This document shows, one piece after another, positions 1-8,669 of a stretch of 64,000 nucleotides of DNA. Source of the DNA: a virus (Duplodnaviria; Caudoviricetes); the IMG/VR virus record IMGVR_UViG_3300027286_000002; one strand, given 5' to 3'. The position numbers and the translations under genes are program-made. The notes under the pieces are model-generated. The model was not told the DNA's origin. It ran no database searches and worked only from the letters and a program-made list of their open reading frames with translations. The number at the start of each line of letters is the position of its first letter. The stretch's first letter is position 1.

Positions 1-136
1 GTCGAAATACCTCCACCATCACCTTTAGTTATTAAAGAAGATATAAAATTTAATGATCTTAAAAAGAAAACAGATTGTATAAATAATAAGTCTAAAGACA
101 TCTTACTTAAACTTAAACTTAAAAAGGCAGTTCAAA

Positions 137-400
137 ATGCAAAGCACTACAAAACAGATCGGGACACTCTCTGAACAACAAATCCAAAAGTTTGCAGAAT
201 TAAAGCAAACTGCTATCCAGCTTGTTAATCAGTTAGGCTCTCTTGAACTTAAAAAACATAACATCATTGAAACTCTCAATAAGAATGAGAATGAAGCTCA
301 AAACCTTTTAAGCCAAATTAAATTTAAATTTGATTTGAAAGAAGATCAAGTTTTCCAAATCTTAGATGATGGCAAGGTAATTGTTAAGGTTGAAGAATAA
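137..400 (+). CDS. Hypothetical small coiled-coil protein
   Basis: 87-aa ORF, heptad-like pattern, purine-rich upstream (aaaggca); no recognised motif. Confidence 0.6.
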   Translation: MQSTTKQIGTLSEQQIQKFAELKQTAIQLVNQLGSLELKKHNIIETLNKNENEAQNLLSQIKFKFDLKEDQVFQILDDGKVIVKVEE

Positions 401-1073
401 TCTCAAAGGTATAATAATCTGTATTGTTATCTTCTATCCATCTTAAATGATTTAATCCTGTTGCTTTCTCAAAGCTATCTATATACCTTTCATCTACACG
501 AACACGAATTTGATCTTTATCCATAAATGACAATAAATCTGTATTCCACTGTGCAGGCTGTAAATCATCATTGCTCTTATCTATATAAGCATGATGCTCT
601 TTTAAACACTTAAACAAAGTATTCTTATCACAATTTACTACCTGCTCAAATGGTCTTTCATAAAGCATTGTTGGTCTTACATCTTTAAGATATGCCATGA
701 TATGATCATAAGCAATTGGATAATCTTTCTTTTTTAAAACCTTATAGAATTTCTGAATAAAGTCTTTTTGCATACTGCTCAATAGCAATTCTTTTGCCAT
801 ATCTATCCTTTCATATTTAAATGCACAAGCTGTAAAGAAAAGTATTTCCCTTTGGCTTATGGTTTCTAATGATAATATCTGTTCTCTTGTTAAAGCATCC
901 GTAGGATAAAACACATAAGTAGTCGCTTTCTGTGTTCTAAAGAAATCTACCTGTGTATTTGCCATATCTAATGAAAATGCAAAGTAATCTGATTTCATAG
1001 GTGGCAACTTTTCACTAGCTGGTATAATATGTACTAGATACATACTTTTATATGTGATTAGCTTTTTGATCAT
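384..1073 (-). CDS. Hypothetical protein
   Basis: 229-aa ORF with SD-like AAGGA upstream; no recognised motif. Confidence 0.65.
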   Translation of the reverse strand: MIKKLITYKSMYLVHIIPASEKLPPMKSDYFAFSLDMANTQVDFFRTQKATTYVFYPTDALTREQILSLETISQREILFFTACAFKYERIDMAKELLLSSMQKDFIQKFYKVLKKKDYPIAYDHIMAYLKDVRPTMLYERPFEQVVNCDKNTLFKCLKEHHAYIDKSNDDLQPAQWNTDLLSFMDKDQIRVRVDERYIDSFEKATGLNHLRWIEDNNTDYYTFEIILQP

Positions 1074-1161
1074 ATCTTTTCCTTGTTTATTTATCTTATC
1101 TTATATTTTATTTATATCTTTTTTCCTTGATATGAAACACTTAAACGAAAAGGTAAACATT

Positions 1162-1602
1162 ATGTCTTTACATGATTTAAAAACACGATTGGCATCTGTA
1201 CAAAGAATTGCTTTAATCAAAACTCAAGTTGGCGATATTGTGAGTTTTACTGATGACCCTAAACTTTGGTACTTTAATCTTTTTATTAAAAGTTTAGTCA
1301 AAAGACTTATTCAAAAGAAAATTGCAGATCATCTTATTTATGTAGATGATAAAAAAAACCATATCTTAACTGTAAAGAACCTTGCACATGAAGATGGTGA
1401 TCCTCAATTAGTTATTGAATTTGTGCATTCTAAAAAAGGCAAACTTTGGGAAACTGCTCTTAAATATAGAACAAGAGGTACAGAAAAGAATATCAAAGGT
1501 GAAATTACTATTAAAGATCAAGAAAAGTTAAATGATGAATCTGTAGATGAAATCTCTAAACTTGTTAAAGAATTTGTTAAGCTAGAACCACTAAAAGATT
1601 AA
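1162..1602 (+). CDS. Hypothetical protein, possibly virion-associated (N-terminal RLAS motif)
   Basis: ORF track 1054..1602; its 5' part is T-rich intergenic-looking, so the ATG at 1162 after aaaggt is the likelier start. Confidence 0.6.
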   Translation: MSLHDLKTRLASVQRIALIKTQVGDIVSFTDDPKLWYFNLFIKSLVKRLIQKKIADHLIYVDDKKNHILTVKNLAHEDGDPQLVIEFVHSKKGKLWETALKYRTRGTEKNIKGEITIKDQEKLNDESVDEISKLVKEFVKLEPLKD

Positions 1603-2664
1603 TTAAAGGATTGCAATACATCCACGATTTTCACCATAAGTATATCCTATCTTCTTAACACCTGTGTAATTTTGAATCCTTTTTAATAAACTTACTAATG
1701 GTTCTACACTACCATTCCACAATTCTTTAATTTCCCAAAAATCTTCTGCTGTTCTAATCTTTAAAACACCTACCTGCACAGGTATATCTGTCTTTGTAAT
1801 AATAAGTGTATCTACACCATTTACTTGTATTGCCTCTTTTAATAAATCTAAATCCAACCAACCTATCTTTCTAGGTCTACCTGTTGTTGCTCCATATTCT
1901 TTACCTACAGATCTATATTTCTCCGATAACTCTTCATCTAGTTCTTCAAACTCACCTGTACCTACTTTGGTTTCATAGATTTTAGCTACACCTATTACTT
2001 CATCTATTTGTTTATGACTTAAACGAGTAGAATAAAAGACTGCACCAATGGTTGTGCATGATGAAGTAACATTGGGATATTCTTCACCCCATACATCTAG
2101 TCGATAACCTTGACAGCCTTCTAATAAAAGATCCATTGTAGATAAATGGTCTTGTAGAAACTTTTCTGCATCACCTATATAATCTTTTAAAAGAACTGCA
2201 TCTTCTGTGTAATCAAAAGATTGAAGCCAAGCATTAATATTCATGGCATCTCTTGCATAAAAATCTCTTAAAGCGGGACCAATACCTTTTGCAGTCGTAC
2301 CTAACTTCGATTGGTATTTGGCTTTATCCTCTGCAATATGCCATGACATGACTACAGGACAATAAGGCGAAATAATAAGAGATCCTTTCTGAACATTAAA
2401 TTGTTTGATCTCTTCTACAAGCTGAATAGGATCTACCACTGTTGCTCTTGTAATAACATTAATAGCATTTGGATTTAGAACACCACTAGGTAATAGATGC
2501 ACTACAGACTTATTACCTTTTTCATCATAAATAGTATGTCCTGCATTTGCACCACCTTGAAAACGAACAACAACAGGTTTATCTGCTTTAAAGCACAGAT
2601 CATCTACAATCCTGCCTTTACCTTCATCACCATTTTGTAAACCTAGAATAACTTTGACTGCCAT
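1603..2664 (-). CDS. purA: Adenylosuccinate synthetase (short PurA type)
   Basis: GDEGKG, QGGANAGHT, GTTAKGIGP, EGCQG, YPNVTSS, YGATTGRPR and TKTD motifs; catalytic Asp retained; central helical segment shortened. Confidence 0.95.
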   Translation of the reverse strand: MAVKVILGLQNGDEGKGRIVDDLCFKADKPVVVRFQGGANAGHTIYDEKGNKSVVHLLPSGVLNPNAINVITRATVVDPIQLVEEIKQFNVQKGSLIISPYCPVVMSWHIAEDKAKYQSKLGTTAKGIGPALRDFYARDAMNINAWLQSFDYTEDAVLLKDYIGDAEKFLQDHLSTMDLLLEGCQGYRLDVWGEEYPNVTSSCTTIGAVFYSTRLSHKQIDEVIGVAKIYETKVGTGEFEELDEELSEKYRSVGKEYGATTGRPRKIGWLDLDLLKEAIQVNGVDTLIITKTDIPVQVGVLKIRTAEDFWEIKELWNGSVEPLVSLLKRIQNYTGVKKIGYTYGENRGCIAIL

Positions 2665-2781
2665 CTTTTTAACCTTTTCTTTTGTAGGTAGAGAATATAT
2701 TAATACTATACATAAATCATCAAAGAGTTTTGTATGCTATAATAAGGTAACTCAACCTTCATCATGTAAAAGAGAAAAAGT

Positions 2782-3027
2782 ATGATTTTACTCACATTGT
2801 TAAATTTAGTCCTTCTTATATACTTTACACCTGCTGTGACAAAAGACTTAATGGAACAGCAAGATCCACCTGTATCAAAAAGATATAGACAAGTTACAGT
2901 ATATATTTGGTATGCTTTAGTACCTACTCTTACTTATGCTTTTCAAGATTACTCGGCAATCCTCACTGCCACCATTTTTTGGTTTTGGTTGCAAGCCATT
3001 TCATATCCTACAAAGGATAATCCATGA
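2782..3027 (+). CDS. Small membrane protein
   Basis: 81 aa with three hydrophobic stretches; ATGA overlap with the next gene. Confidence 0.6.
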   Translation: MILLTLLNLVLLIYFTPAVTKDLMEQQDPPVSKRYRQVTVYIWYALVPTLTYAFQDYSAILTATIFWFWLQAISYPTKDNP

Positions 3028-3533
3028 TTCAAGTTATTAAACCTGATAGTGAAGATCAAAAAGCAATCTTTCCAAACAGAACTATCTTTTTAGCTGGCAG
3101 TATTGAAATGGGATCTGCTGTAGATTGGCAAAGAGAAGTTGAAGAAGTCTTTGACAAAGAAATCTTTAAGACAGATGGCTGTACTGTTTATAATCCTAGA
3201 CGAATTAATTGGGATAGTTCATGGAAGCAATCTATTGAAAATGAACAGTTCAAATATCAAGTCGAATGGGAATTAAATAAGCTGTATGAATGTGGTCTTA
3301 TTCTTATGTATTTAGATGAGAATACCAAATCACCTATCAGCCTGCTAGAATTAGGTTTATATGCACAAGACACTAAATTACTTGTGATCTGTGGTGAAAA
3401 CTTTTGGCGAAGAGGAAATGTAGAAGTCACTTGTGATTTTTATGAAGTACCTTTACTTATACACAATCCAAGAGAAAAGAGTTTAAGCACACTCTTAATT
3501 GAGAAATCTAATAAAATTCTGCTTGGTATTTAA
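3024..3533 (+). CDS. Nucleoside 2-deoxyribosyltransferase-like protein
   Basis: IFLAGSI, NPRR, QVEWEL, SPISLLELGL and FWRRGNV motifs typical of the NDT-like family. Confidence 0.85.
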   Translation: MIQVIKPDSEDQKAIFPNRTIFLAGSIEMGSAVDWQREVEEVFDKEIFKTDGCTVYNPRRINWDSSWKQSIENEQFKYQVEWELNKLYECGLILMYLDENTKSPISLLELGLYAQDTKLLVICGENFWRRGNVEVTCDFYEVPLLIHNPREKSLSTLLIEKSNKILLGI

Positions 3534-3882
3534 TCACAAGTTCTTTTAATTTTTCCCATGTGAAATCATGATTTTCAATATCCTTATAATCTAAATAAGA
3601 ATCTTCATCTTCTTTATAGGATGATGCCAAACAAGACACTTGCATTGTATTCTTATCAAGATCACATAAAATACATACCTGCTTAGGCATACCTTCCACT
3701 ACAAGGTCTTGACCAAAGTTTATGTGGATGCCAAAGACAGGTAAGTCATTATATAGACTTGAATCTTCTAACATAACATTTGTATATCCCAAATCTTCAA
3801 CAAAACAATGCAAATAAATTTGTAGTTCTTCTTGTGAAGTGGTGGTTGGTAAATCAAATAAGAATCTAAACTGCTCTTGCAT
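3508..3882 (-). CDS. Hypothetical acidic protein
   Basis: 124-aa ORF in a run of small minus-strand genes. Confidence 0.6.
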   Translation of the reverse strand: MQEQFRFLFDLPTTTSQEELQIYLHCFVEDLGYTNVMLEDSSLYNDLPVFGIHINFGQDLVVEGMPKQVCILCDLDKNTMQVSCLASSYKEDEDSYLDYKDIENHDFTWEKLKELVIKYQAEFY

Positions 3883-3887
3883 TTTTA

Positions 3888-4019
3888 TTATTTCCCTTCT
3901 TCTGTTTGGTTTTCTTCTTCTGCAATTTCATCTAAAATTGCTCTTTTTTCTTCTTCTGTAAGACAATCATTTGATGAGTAAAACTCTTCACAAGTCATGG
4001 TGCATAAAAAATCATCCAT
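3888..4019 (-). CDS. Hypothetical small acidic protein
   Basis: ORF track 3888..4082; start re-placed at MDDF (4019), directly after the upstream stop. Confidence 0.45.
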   Translation of the reverse strand: MDDFLCTMTCEEFYSSNDCLTEEEKRAILDEIAEEENQTEEGK

Positions 4020-4020
4020 T

Positions 4021-4212
4021 TTATCTATTACCTTTCTTTTCATAAAGTGCTGAGATAGTTCTGTCATCCCAAGCATTTGCAAACTTGGTTTGTGGTTTAA
4101 TACCTAAAGTCAAAAGATCAGTATCTTTGAAAGACAATGCTCTTTTATTTGCTGTGGTTTTTGGTGTTTTGAAGATTTTGCCAACAGGCACATTTCTTAC
4201 TGTTCTTGACAT
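4021..4212 (-). CDS. Hypothetical small basic phage protein
   Basis: 63 aa (MSRT...PKT...AWDD), SD AAGGA, downstream of bipartite promoter motif. Confidence 0.6.
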   Translation of the reverse strand: MSRTVRNVPVGKIFKTPKTTANKRALSFKDTDLLTLGIKPQTKFANAWDDRTISALYEKKGNR

Positions 4213-4240
4213 TTTGTCATTTCCTTTCTTTGGTAATAGA

Positions 4241-4269
4241 TAAACACTTATCTTTAAAGTTTATTGCAA
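4241..4269 (-). promoter_or_regulatory. Bipartite promoter-like motif TTGCAATAA-N11-AAGTGTTTA (copy 1)
   Basis: Exact motif and spacing found four times, always intergenic and pointing into a small gene. Confidence 0.75.
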
Positions 4270-4276
4270 GTTCGCA

Positions 4277-4615
4277 TTAAAAATCTTCATCTTCTGCTTC
4301 AGATAATTCTTTGTAATACTCATCTTCCATTCTACGAAACTCAATCCTTTCTGCTATGAGTAAGGAAATCCTTTCAATTAAGGATTTGAGATTGTAGTGA
4401 TGAACCTCAAAAATCATTTCTTCATCGTATCCGATATCATAATGAAATCTGCTTTCAGATACACTTGCATACTCACTTGTGATAAACAATGAAAATGCCA
4501 TGTTGTTCTTTTCTACTGTTGCATAGACTTCATCATCTACACTGCTATTAATGGTGGTGGTGATTTGGTGTGTTGCAAGAACATCTGCTACAATTTTAAC
4601 GATTGAGTTAATCAT
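4277..4615 (-). CDS. Hypothetical acidic protein
   Basis: 112-aa ORF, strong SD AAGGAG, downstream of promoter copy 2. Confidence 0.7.
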   Translation of the reverse strand: MINSIVKIVADVLATHQITTTINSSVDDEVYATVEKNNMAFSLFITSEYASVSESRFHYDIGYDEEMIFEVHHYNLKSLIERISLLIAERIEFRRMEDEYYKELSEAEDEDF

Positions 4616-4654
4616 TTTTTTACTCCTTTGATGAGTTGGTTTATTGATACTATC

Positions 4655-4683
4655 TAAACACTTTGCATAAGATATTATTGCAA
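4655..4683 (-). promoter_or_regulatory. Bipartite promoter-like motif (copy 2)
   Basis: Plus strand taaacactt-N11-ttattgcaa. Confidence 0.75.
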
Positions 4684-4743
4684 GTTCACTTAATCTTTTA
4701 TTAAAAATTTTATTGTATCCCTTACTTTGAAAGTTGAGTTCCT

Positions 4744-5433
4744 ATGAAAATTTTAGGTATCAGTACCACTACACATTCACCTGTACCTGAACATCCTGAA
4801 CCATCTGCATCTTTTACTACATTAGAAACTTTAATTAAGATTTTAGATCAGTATGGACATGATACTCAAATTCTTGATGCTAATAAACTTCATATCATTA
4901 AAAACCTGTCTTGCTATTCCACAGATAAAAAGAATTGTGGATCTCTTGATGCTGGCAAATATAGATGTTGGGCAACTCATCTTTCTCATGAAAATCCTGA
5001 TGAGTATGGTGGCAAAGACGAAATGACTTATATTTATGATGGTATTGAATGGGCTGATGTTATTCTTATCTCTACTTCTGTTAGATGGATGAGTCATAGT
5101 GCTTTACTACAAACTATTATTGAAAGACTTAATGTGATTGAAAATAGGCATAGTGTTTATGAAGAACCTAATCTTGTTGCGAATAAAAAAGTAGGTTTTA
5201 TTGTCATTGGACAGCATTATCAATCTCAACAGGTATCTAGTCATTTAATAGAAGTGTTTAGTCAATTAGGATTTATTACAGATAGTAGAGATGGATCATT
5301 TACTTGGCAAAGAACTGTTAATAGAAATTTAGAACAGGATGGAAGTAATCGTCCACATATTATAAGTTATCTTGCCACTGCTGAAGGTACAGACCAACTT
5401 AATAACTTTATCAATTGGATTGAAAGGTTTTAA
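4744..5433 (+). CDS. Flavodoxin-fold / NADPH-dependent FMN reductase-like protein
   Basis: MKILGISTT start, Cys cluster (C..C..C), ADVILISTSVRW and KVGFIVIG motifs of the iron-sulfur flavoprotein/FMN_red fold. Confidence 0.75.
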   Translation: MKILGISTTTHSPVPEHPEPSASFTTLETLIKILDQYGHDTQILDANKLHIIKNLSCYSTDKKNCGSLDAGKYRCWATHLSHENPDEYGGKDEMTYIYDGIEWADVILISTSVRWMSHSALLQTIIERLNVIENRHSVYEEPNLVANKKVGFIVIGQHYQSQQVSSHLIEVFSQLGFITDSRDGSFTWQRTVNRNLEQDGSNRPHIISYLATAEGTDQLNNFINWIERF

Positions 5434-5435
5434 AA

Positions 5436-6143
5436 ATGAAAGCATTAAATTTAAGTCTATCTGAAATCAGATCTTTTTTAGAAAAGAAATATGGTAAAAC
5501 AGCTTTAAAAAAAGGTGTTTATTTTGATATGGATATGTATTGGGAAAGATATAATATTGAAATACCTTTAAATGAAGATAGGATCATTATAGTCGAAATC
5601 ATAGGTATAGATGAAAATAATTTACAAAACTTTAAAGGCTGGAAAGATAGTCTAGCAACAAAAGTTCAAGATCAAGATAAAGAAGGACTTCATTTAGCAT
5701 TAAGTAAAGAAGTAGATCTTTCTACAAATTGGAAAGACAATTTACTTAAAGCTATCAATGCAGTTCAATCTGAAGTTGCTTTAAAATCTAAAGAGAAAGT
5801 AAATGCAGATAAGTTATTAAAAGATCTTAGATCTACACCTATGTTTAACTTTGATCCTTTTTTAAAATCTTTAGAAAAGTATTTACTTGCACATGATACT
5901 TTAACACCTGCTCAACAGCAGGCATTTAATAAAGTTAAATGGCGATATACACCTCGAATTGCTTTAAACAAAAAACAAATTGATTTTCTTAAAGCAATGA
6001 ATACTTTACCTACAAATGAAATGGATACAAATGAAATTGAAACCATTTCTAAAATGTATGCAAAGGCTTGTGCAGGCACTACTTGGAATGATAATGAAAG
6101 AAATGAAGTTGCCTTTATTATGAAAAAGTATATTGCATTATGA
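5436..6143 (+). CDS. Hypothetical protein
   Basis: 235-aa ORF; contains a short helical module FLKSL..YL....LTPAQ. Confidence 0.65.
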   Translation: MKALNLSLSEIRSFLEKKYGKTALKKGVYFDMDMYWERYNIEIPLNEDRIIIVEIIGIDENNLQNFKGWKDSLATKVQDQDKEGLHLALSKEVDLSTNWKDNLLKAINAVQSEVALKSKEKVNADKLLKDLRSTPMFNFDPFLKSLEKYLLAHDTLTPAQQQAFNKVKWRYTPRIALNKKQIDFLKAMNTLPTNEMDTNEIETISKMYAKACAGTTWNDNERNEVAFIMKKYIAL

Positions 6144-6394
6144 TTTATGATTTTTTAGAAGAGATAGGTTTTATCCCTGTGTCTTATTGCATTATATATA
6201 GGAAAGACAATATTGAGATCATCTTTAATAATGAAATCAATATTGATGTTTACATAGATGAGATACATACCAAATATAAGATTAGAAATAACAATGAAGT
6301 AGAAAAGATACAGAATGGTGTTCTACTTGAAGTCTTGCCTAATATCTATGATGAACTTAAACATATTTATGATACACATATTGTGCATAAATAA
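6140..6394 (+). CDS. Hypothetical protein
   Basis: 84-aa ORF, ATGA overlap with upstream gene. Confidence 0.55.
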   Translation: MIYDFLEEIGFIPVSYCIIYRKDNIEIIFNNEINIDVYIDEIHTKYKIRNNNEVEKIQNGVLLEVLPNIYDELKHIYDTHIVHK

Positions 6395-6484
6395 AGACAG
6401 GCACTAAGACATAAGGATTTTCAGAAAAGAATATAAGTGTAATACCTATTAAGATTAGGCATAAGATCATATGTAGATAGATAT

Positions 6485-6640
6485 TCATTTTGTATAGCAA
6501 TTCTTATATGGTCTACAACTAGCTTTCTCACTAAATCCCATTTCATCACAGGATTTAGACATACAATGTTTTTTATCCCATTTTCTAGGCATATCGAATT
6601 TGACTTTAGCTAGTCTTATTTTTAAATTCTCTATATTCAT
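6485..6640 (-). CDS. Cys-rich basic mini-protein (51 aa)
   Basis: MNIENLKIRLAK...HCMSKSCDEMGFSEKASCRPYKNCY; the track's longer start (6754) would run through tRNA-Glu. Confidence 0.55.
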   Translation of the reverse strand: MNIENLKIRLAKVKFDMPRKWDKKHCMSKSCDEMGFSEKASCRPYKNCYTK

Positions 6641-6645
6641 TTTAA

Positions 6646-6719
6646 TGCTCCTAACGAGATTTGAACTCGTGTTACTGCCTTGAAAGGGCAATGTCCTTAC
6701 CTGACTAGACGATAGGAAC
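6646..6719 (-). tRNA. tRNA-Glu (UUC), no encoded CCA
   Basis: Acceptor GTTCCTA/TAGGAGC, anticodon arm TTGCC-CT TTC AA-GGCAG, T arm ACGAG-TTCAAAT-CTCGT. Confidence 0.92.
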
Positions 6720-6844
6720 TTATCTTTAAGTGCATATAGGTTTTTAATCCACATCCACTTAAAAACTTTTCAACCAAACCCTAATAGATAACCTACAGGA
6801 TTATGTTTGTTATACTCATTTCTTTTTCATCATGCAATATAAAA

Positions 6845-6988
6845 TTACATAATGTTTTCAATTTCTTTTTTCTCTACACGATTTAAAGGTTTTGGACTGC
6901 TTTTAGTATAGATCGCAACTAATAAACTTAAAACAATAATTGTAATTGCTGTGTAATTTGCTAGCTTTGAGATTTGTGTGTTTGTCAT
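6845..6988 (-). CDS. Small single-TM protein (47 aa, below ORF-track cutoff)
   Basis: MTNTQISKLANYTAITIIVLSLLVAIYTKSS...; GGA SD upstream. Confidence 0.5.
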   Translation of the reverse strand: MTNTQISKLANYTAITIIVLSLLVAIYTKSSPKPLNRVEKKEIENIM

Positions 6989-7063
6989 TTTTTATGATCC
7001 TTTGGATTTGATTGGAAGGTATCTTTATTTATGACATAGTATTTTTAGTTATGCAAATATAAA

Positions 7064-7136
7064 TGGGTCGTTTGGGACTCGAACCCAAAACCTGAAGATT
7101 AAAAGTCTTATGATCTACCTATTGATCTAACGACCC
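7064..7136 (-). tRNA. tRNA-Lys (UUU), no encoded CCA
   Basis: Acceptor GGGTCGT/ACGACCC, D arm GATC/GATC, anticodon arm TAAGA-CT TTT AA-TCTTC, T arm TTGGG-TTCGAGT-CCCAA. Confidence 0.92.
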
Positions 7137-7176
7137 ATAGTCATAATGAATGGTCTTATGACTTGCGAAAAAACTT

Positions 7177-7287
7177 AAAGCTATATCTCACTACCTAAAA
7201 GAAAATGTGAGATTTGAACTCACATCACCTATATTGGCATTTTTACAATTTAAAATAATCTTCCCTTAAATTGTAAGACATAGCTTT
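7177..7287 (-). ncRNA. tRNA-like domain (D arm, stunted anticodon arm, T arm) capping a 30-bp helix
   Basis: T arm GTGAG-TTCAAAT-CTCAC, D arm TTTT/AAAA, acceptor GGAAGAT/ATTTTCT extended by 23 further positions; non-WC pairs are GU on the minus strand except one A.A. Confidence 0.65.
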
Positions 7288-7385
7288 TTCAGTATTTCTA
7301 TTTTCATTATACATATCCATTTTATTTTTTTCATTTTATTTTTTCATCTTATTTTAGAAAACATTTACATAAAGGATTTTCACCT

Positions 7386-7877
7386 ATGGACAACAGAGAA
7401 CTCATGGCAATTAGAATTGCTAGTATTTATTTAGAAAGCAAAGACAAAGACAAAGGCTTACCTAAAAAATACTTGTCAGGTCTTAAAGGTAAAGATAGAA
7501 AAAAAAGAGTAAATGAAATCGACAAAAGAAAAAATGAAACTGATCCAAAGAAAAAGTTTAAACCTTTCAAATCAGATAAAGGTGAATCCACTTCCAAAAG
7601 CCAATACTCTAAAACAGACATAGCTAAAAAGATCAGAGAAAAAATTGAAGGTCAAGGCAAAGATGCTTTCATTGAAGCATCATCTAAAGTATCAGGTGTA
7701 TCTAAATCTATTTTAAGTGAAGTTTATGCAAGAGGTGCGGCGGCATGGGCAACAGGACATAGACCGGGTGCTACTCAACAGCAATGGTCTATTGCTCGTG
7801 TTTATAGTTTCTTATCAGGTGGCAAAACTCAATCCACTGCTGACAAAGATCTAGCTGAAAAAGCTGGACTATTGTAA
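7386..7877 (+). CDS. Basic conserved viral protein (DUF5824-like)
   Basis: VYARGAAAWATGHRPGATQQQWSIARVYSF motif, recalled as DUF5824; RIAS near N-terminus. Confidence 0.65.
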   Translation: MDNRELMAIRIASIYLESKDKDKGLPKKYLSGLKGKDRKKRVNEIDKRKNETDPKKKFKPFKSDKGESTSKSQYSKTDIAKKIREKIEGQGKDAFIEASSKVSGVSKSILSEVYARGAAAWATGHRPGATQQQWSIARVYSFLSGGKTQSTADKDLAEKAGLL

Positions 7878-8669
7878 TTCTTTAAAGATTTGTAAATTCC
7901 ATTTACATTTAACACAAACTCCACACATATTCTTATATGGTGGCTTTTGCTTATTATAATGTGCTTTAAAAAACATCTCTCTCATATAACAAGATGCTGT
8001 GTATTCAAATAATCCCTTTTCTAATAAAACTTTCACTTTCTCTTTTCTAGGTACTGTTATATGACTAAACTTTAAAGCACCTACTTCTTTTCTTAAAACA
8101 TCTTCAAATAAATGATATGCTTTAGGTGTATCTGAATACATTGTTATACTGCCATCATCTATATGATCATTAATACAAATCACTGTACCTATCTTATGCT
8201 CTCTTATTAAATCTACCAATAACAATAAAGCATATTGATTTTTCACTACACTTTCTTTATCTATCTTATCTGACAGATATTGATCTTTATGTAGTAGCCT
8301 TAACTCACTTGGATGATCAATCACTGTCAAATTGAGATTTAGCTTTTCTTTTAAAACATTCACTGCCTTTAATTCTTTAGATGAGATAGCTGGATTAAGC
8401 ATCTTTATAAACACAGGATAAACTTCATATCCTAATTTAATATGTTCTAATAAAGACCATGTGCTATCTACACCACTTGAAAATAAGACCACTGCTTTCT
8501 TTTCATCTAAATCCTCAATAGGTTCTTTATAAATACTTTCTTCATCTATATATGAGATATTAACACCATGATATTCTGCTAAACCATCTGCATATGCTTT
8601 AAGAGAATAAGGCACTGTGTGTTCAGATTTTAAAGGTGTAAATAACTTATAGAACTCTTTTGCATTCAT
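7869..8669 (-). CDS. QueC-like PP-loop ATPase (7-cyano-7-deazaguanine synthase fold)
   Basis: VVLFSSGVDST PP-loop variant; SCY...CGVCVKC zinc motif. Confidence 0.75.
   Translation of the reverse strand: MNAKEFYKLFTPLKSEHTVPYSLKAYADGLAEYHGVNISYIDEESIYKEPIEDLDEKKAVVLFSSGVDSTWSLLEHIKLGYEVYPVFIKMLNPAISSKELKAVNVLKEKLNLNLTVIDHPSELRLLHKDQYLSDKIDKESVVKNQYALLLLVDLIREHKIGTVICINDHIDDGSITMYSDTPKAYHLFEDVLRKEVGALKFSHITVPRKEKVKVLLEKGLFEYTASCYMREMFFKAHYNKQKPPYKNMCGVCVKCKWNLQIFKELQ

Noticed and set aside
1603-2664. PurZ / 2-aminoadenine (Z) genome
   Set aside because: Although short like PurZ, it keeps PurA determinants: Asp in GDEGKG (PurZ has Ser), VG after the T(R/K) position, and TKxD GTP motif. No datZ or mazZ seen in the window.
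6641-6754. 5' extension of ORF 6485..6754
   Set aside because: Runs through a well-formed tRNA-Glu on the same strand; internal ATG at 6640 is more plausible.
7199-7264. Third functional tRNA or suppressor tRNA
   Set aside because: Anticodon arm is about 5 nt too short to give a 7-nt loop, and the 3' end is base-paired with no CCA; kept as an ncRNA instead.
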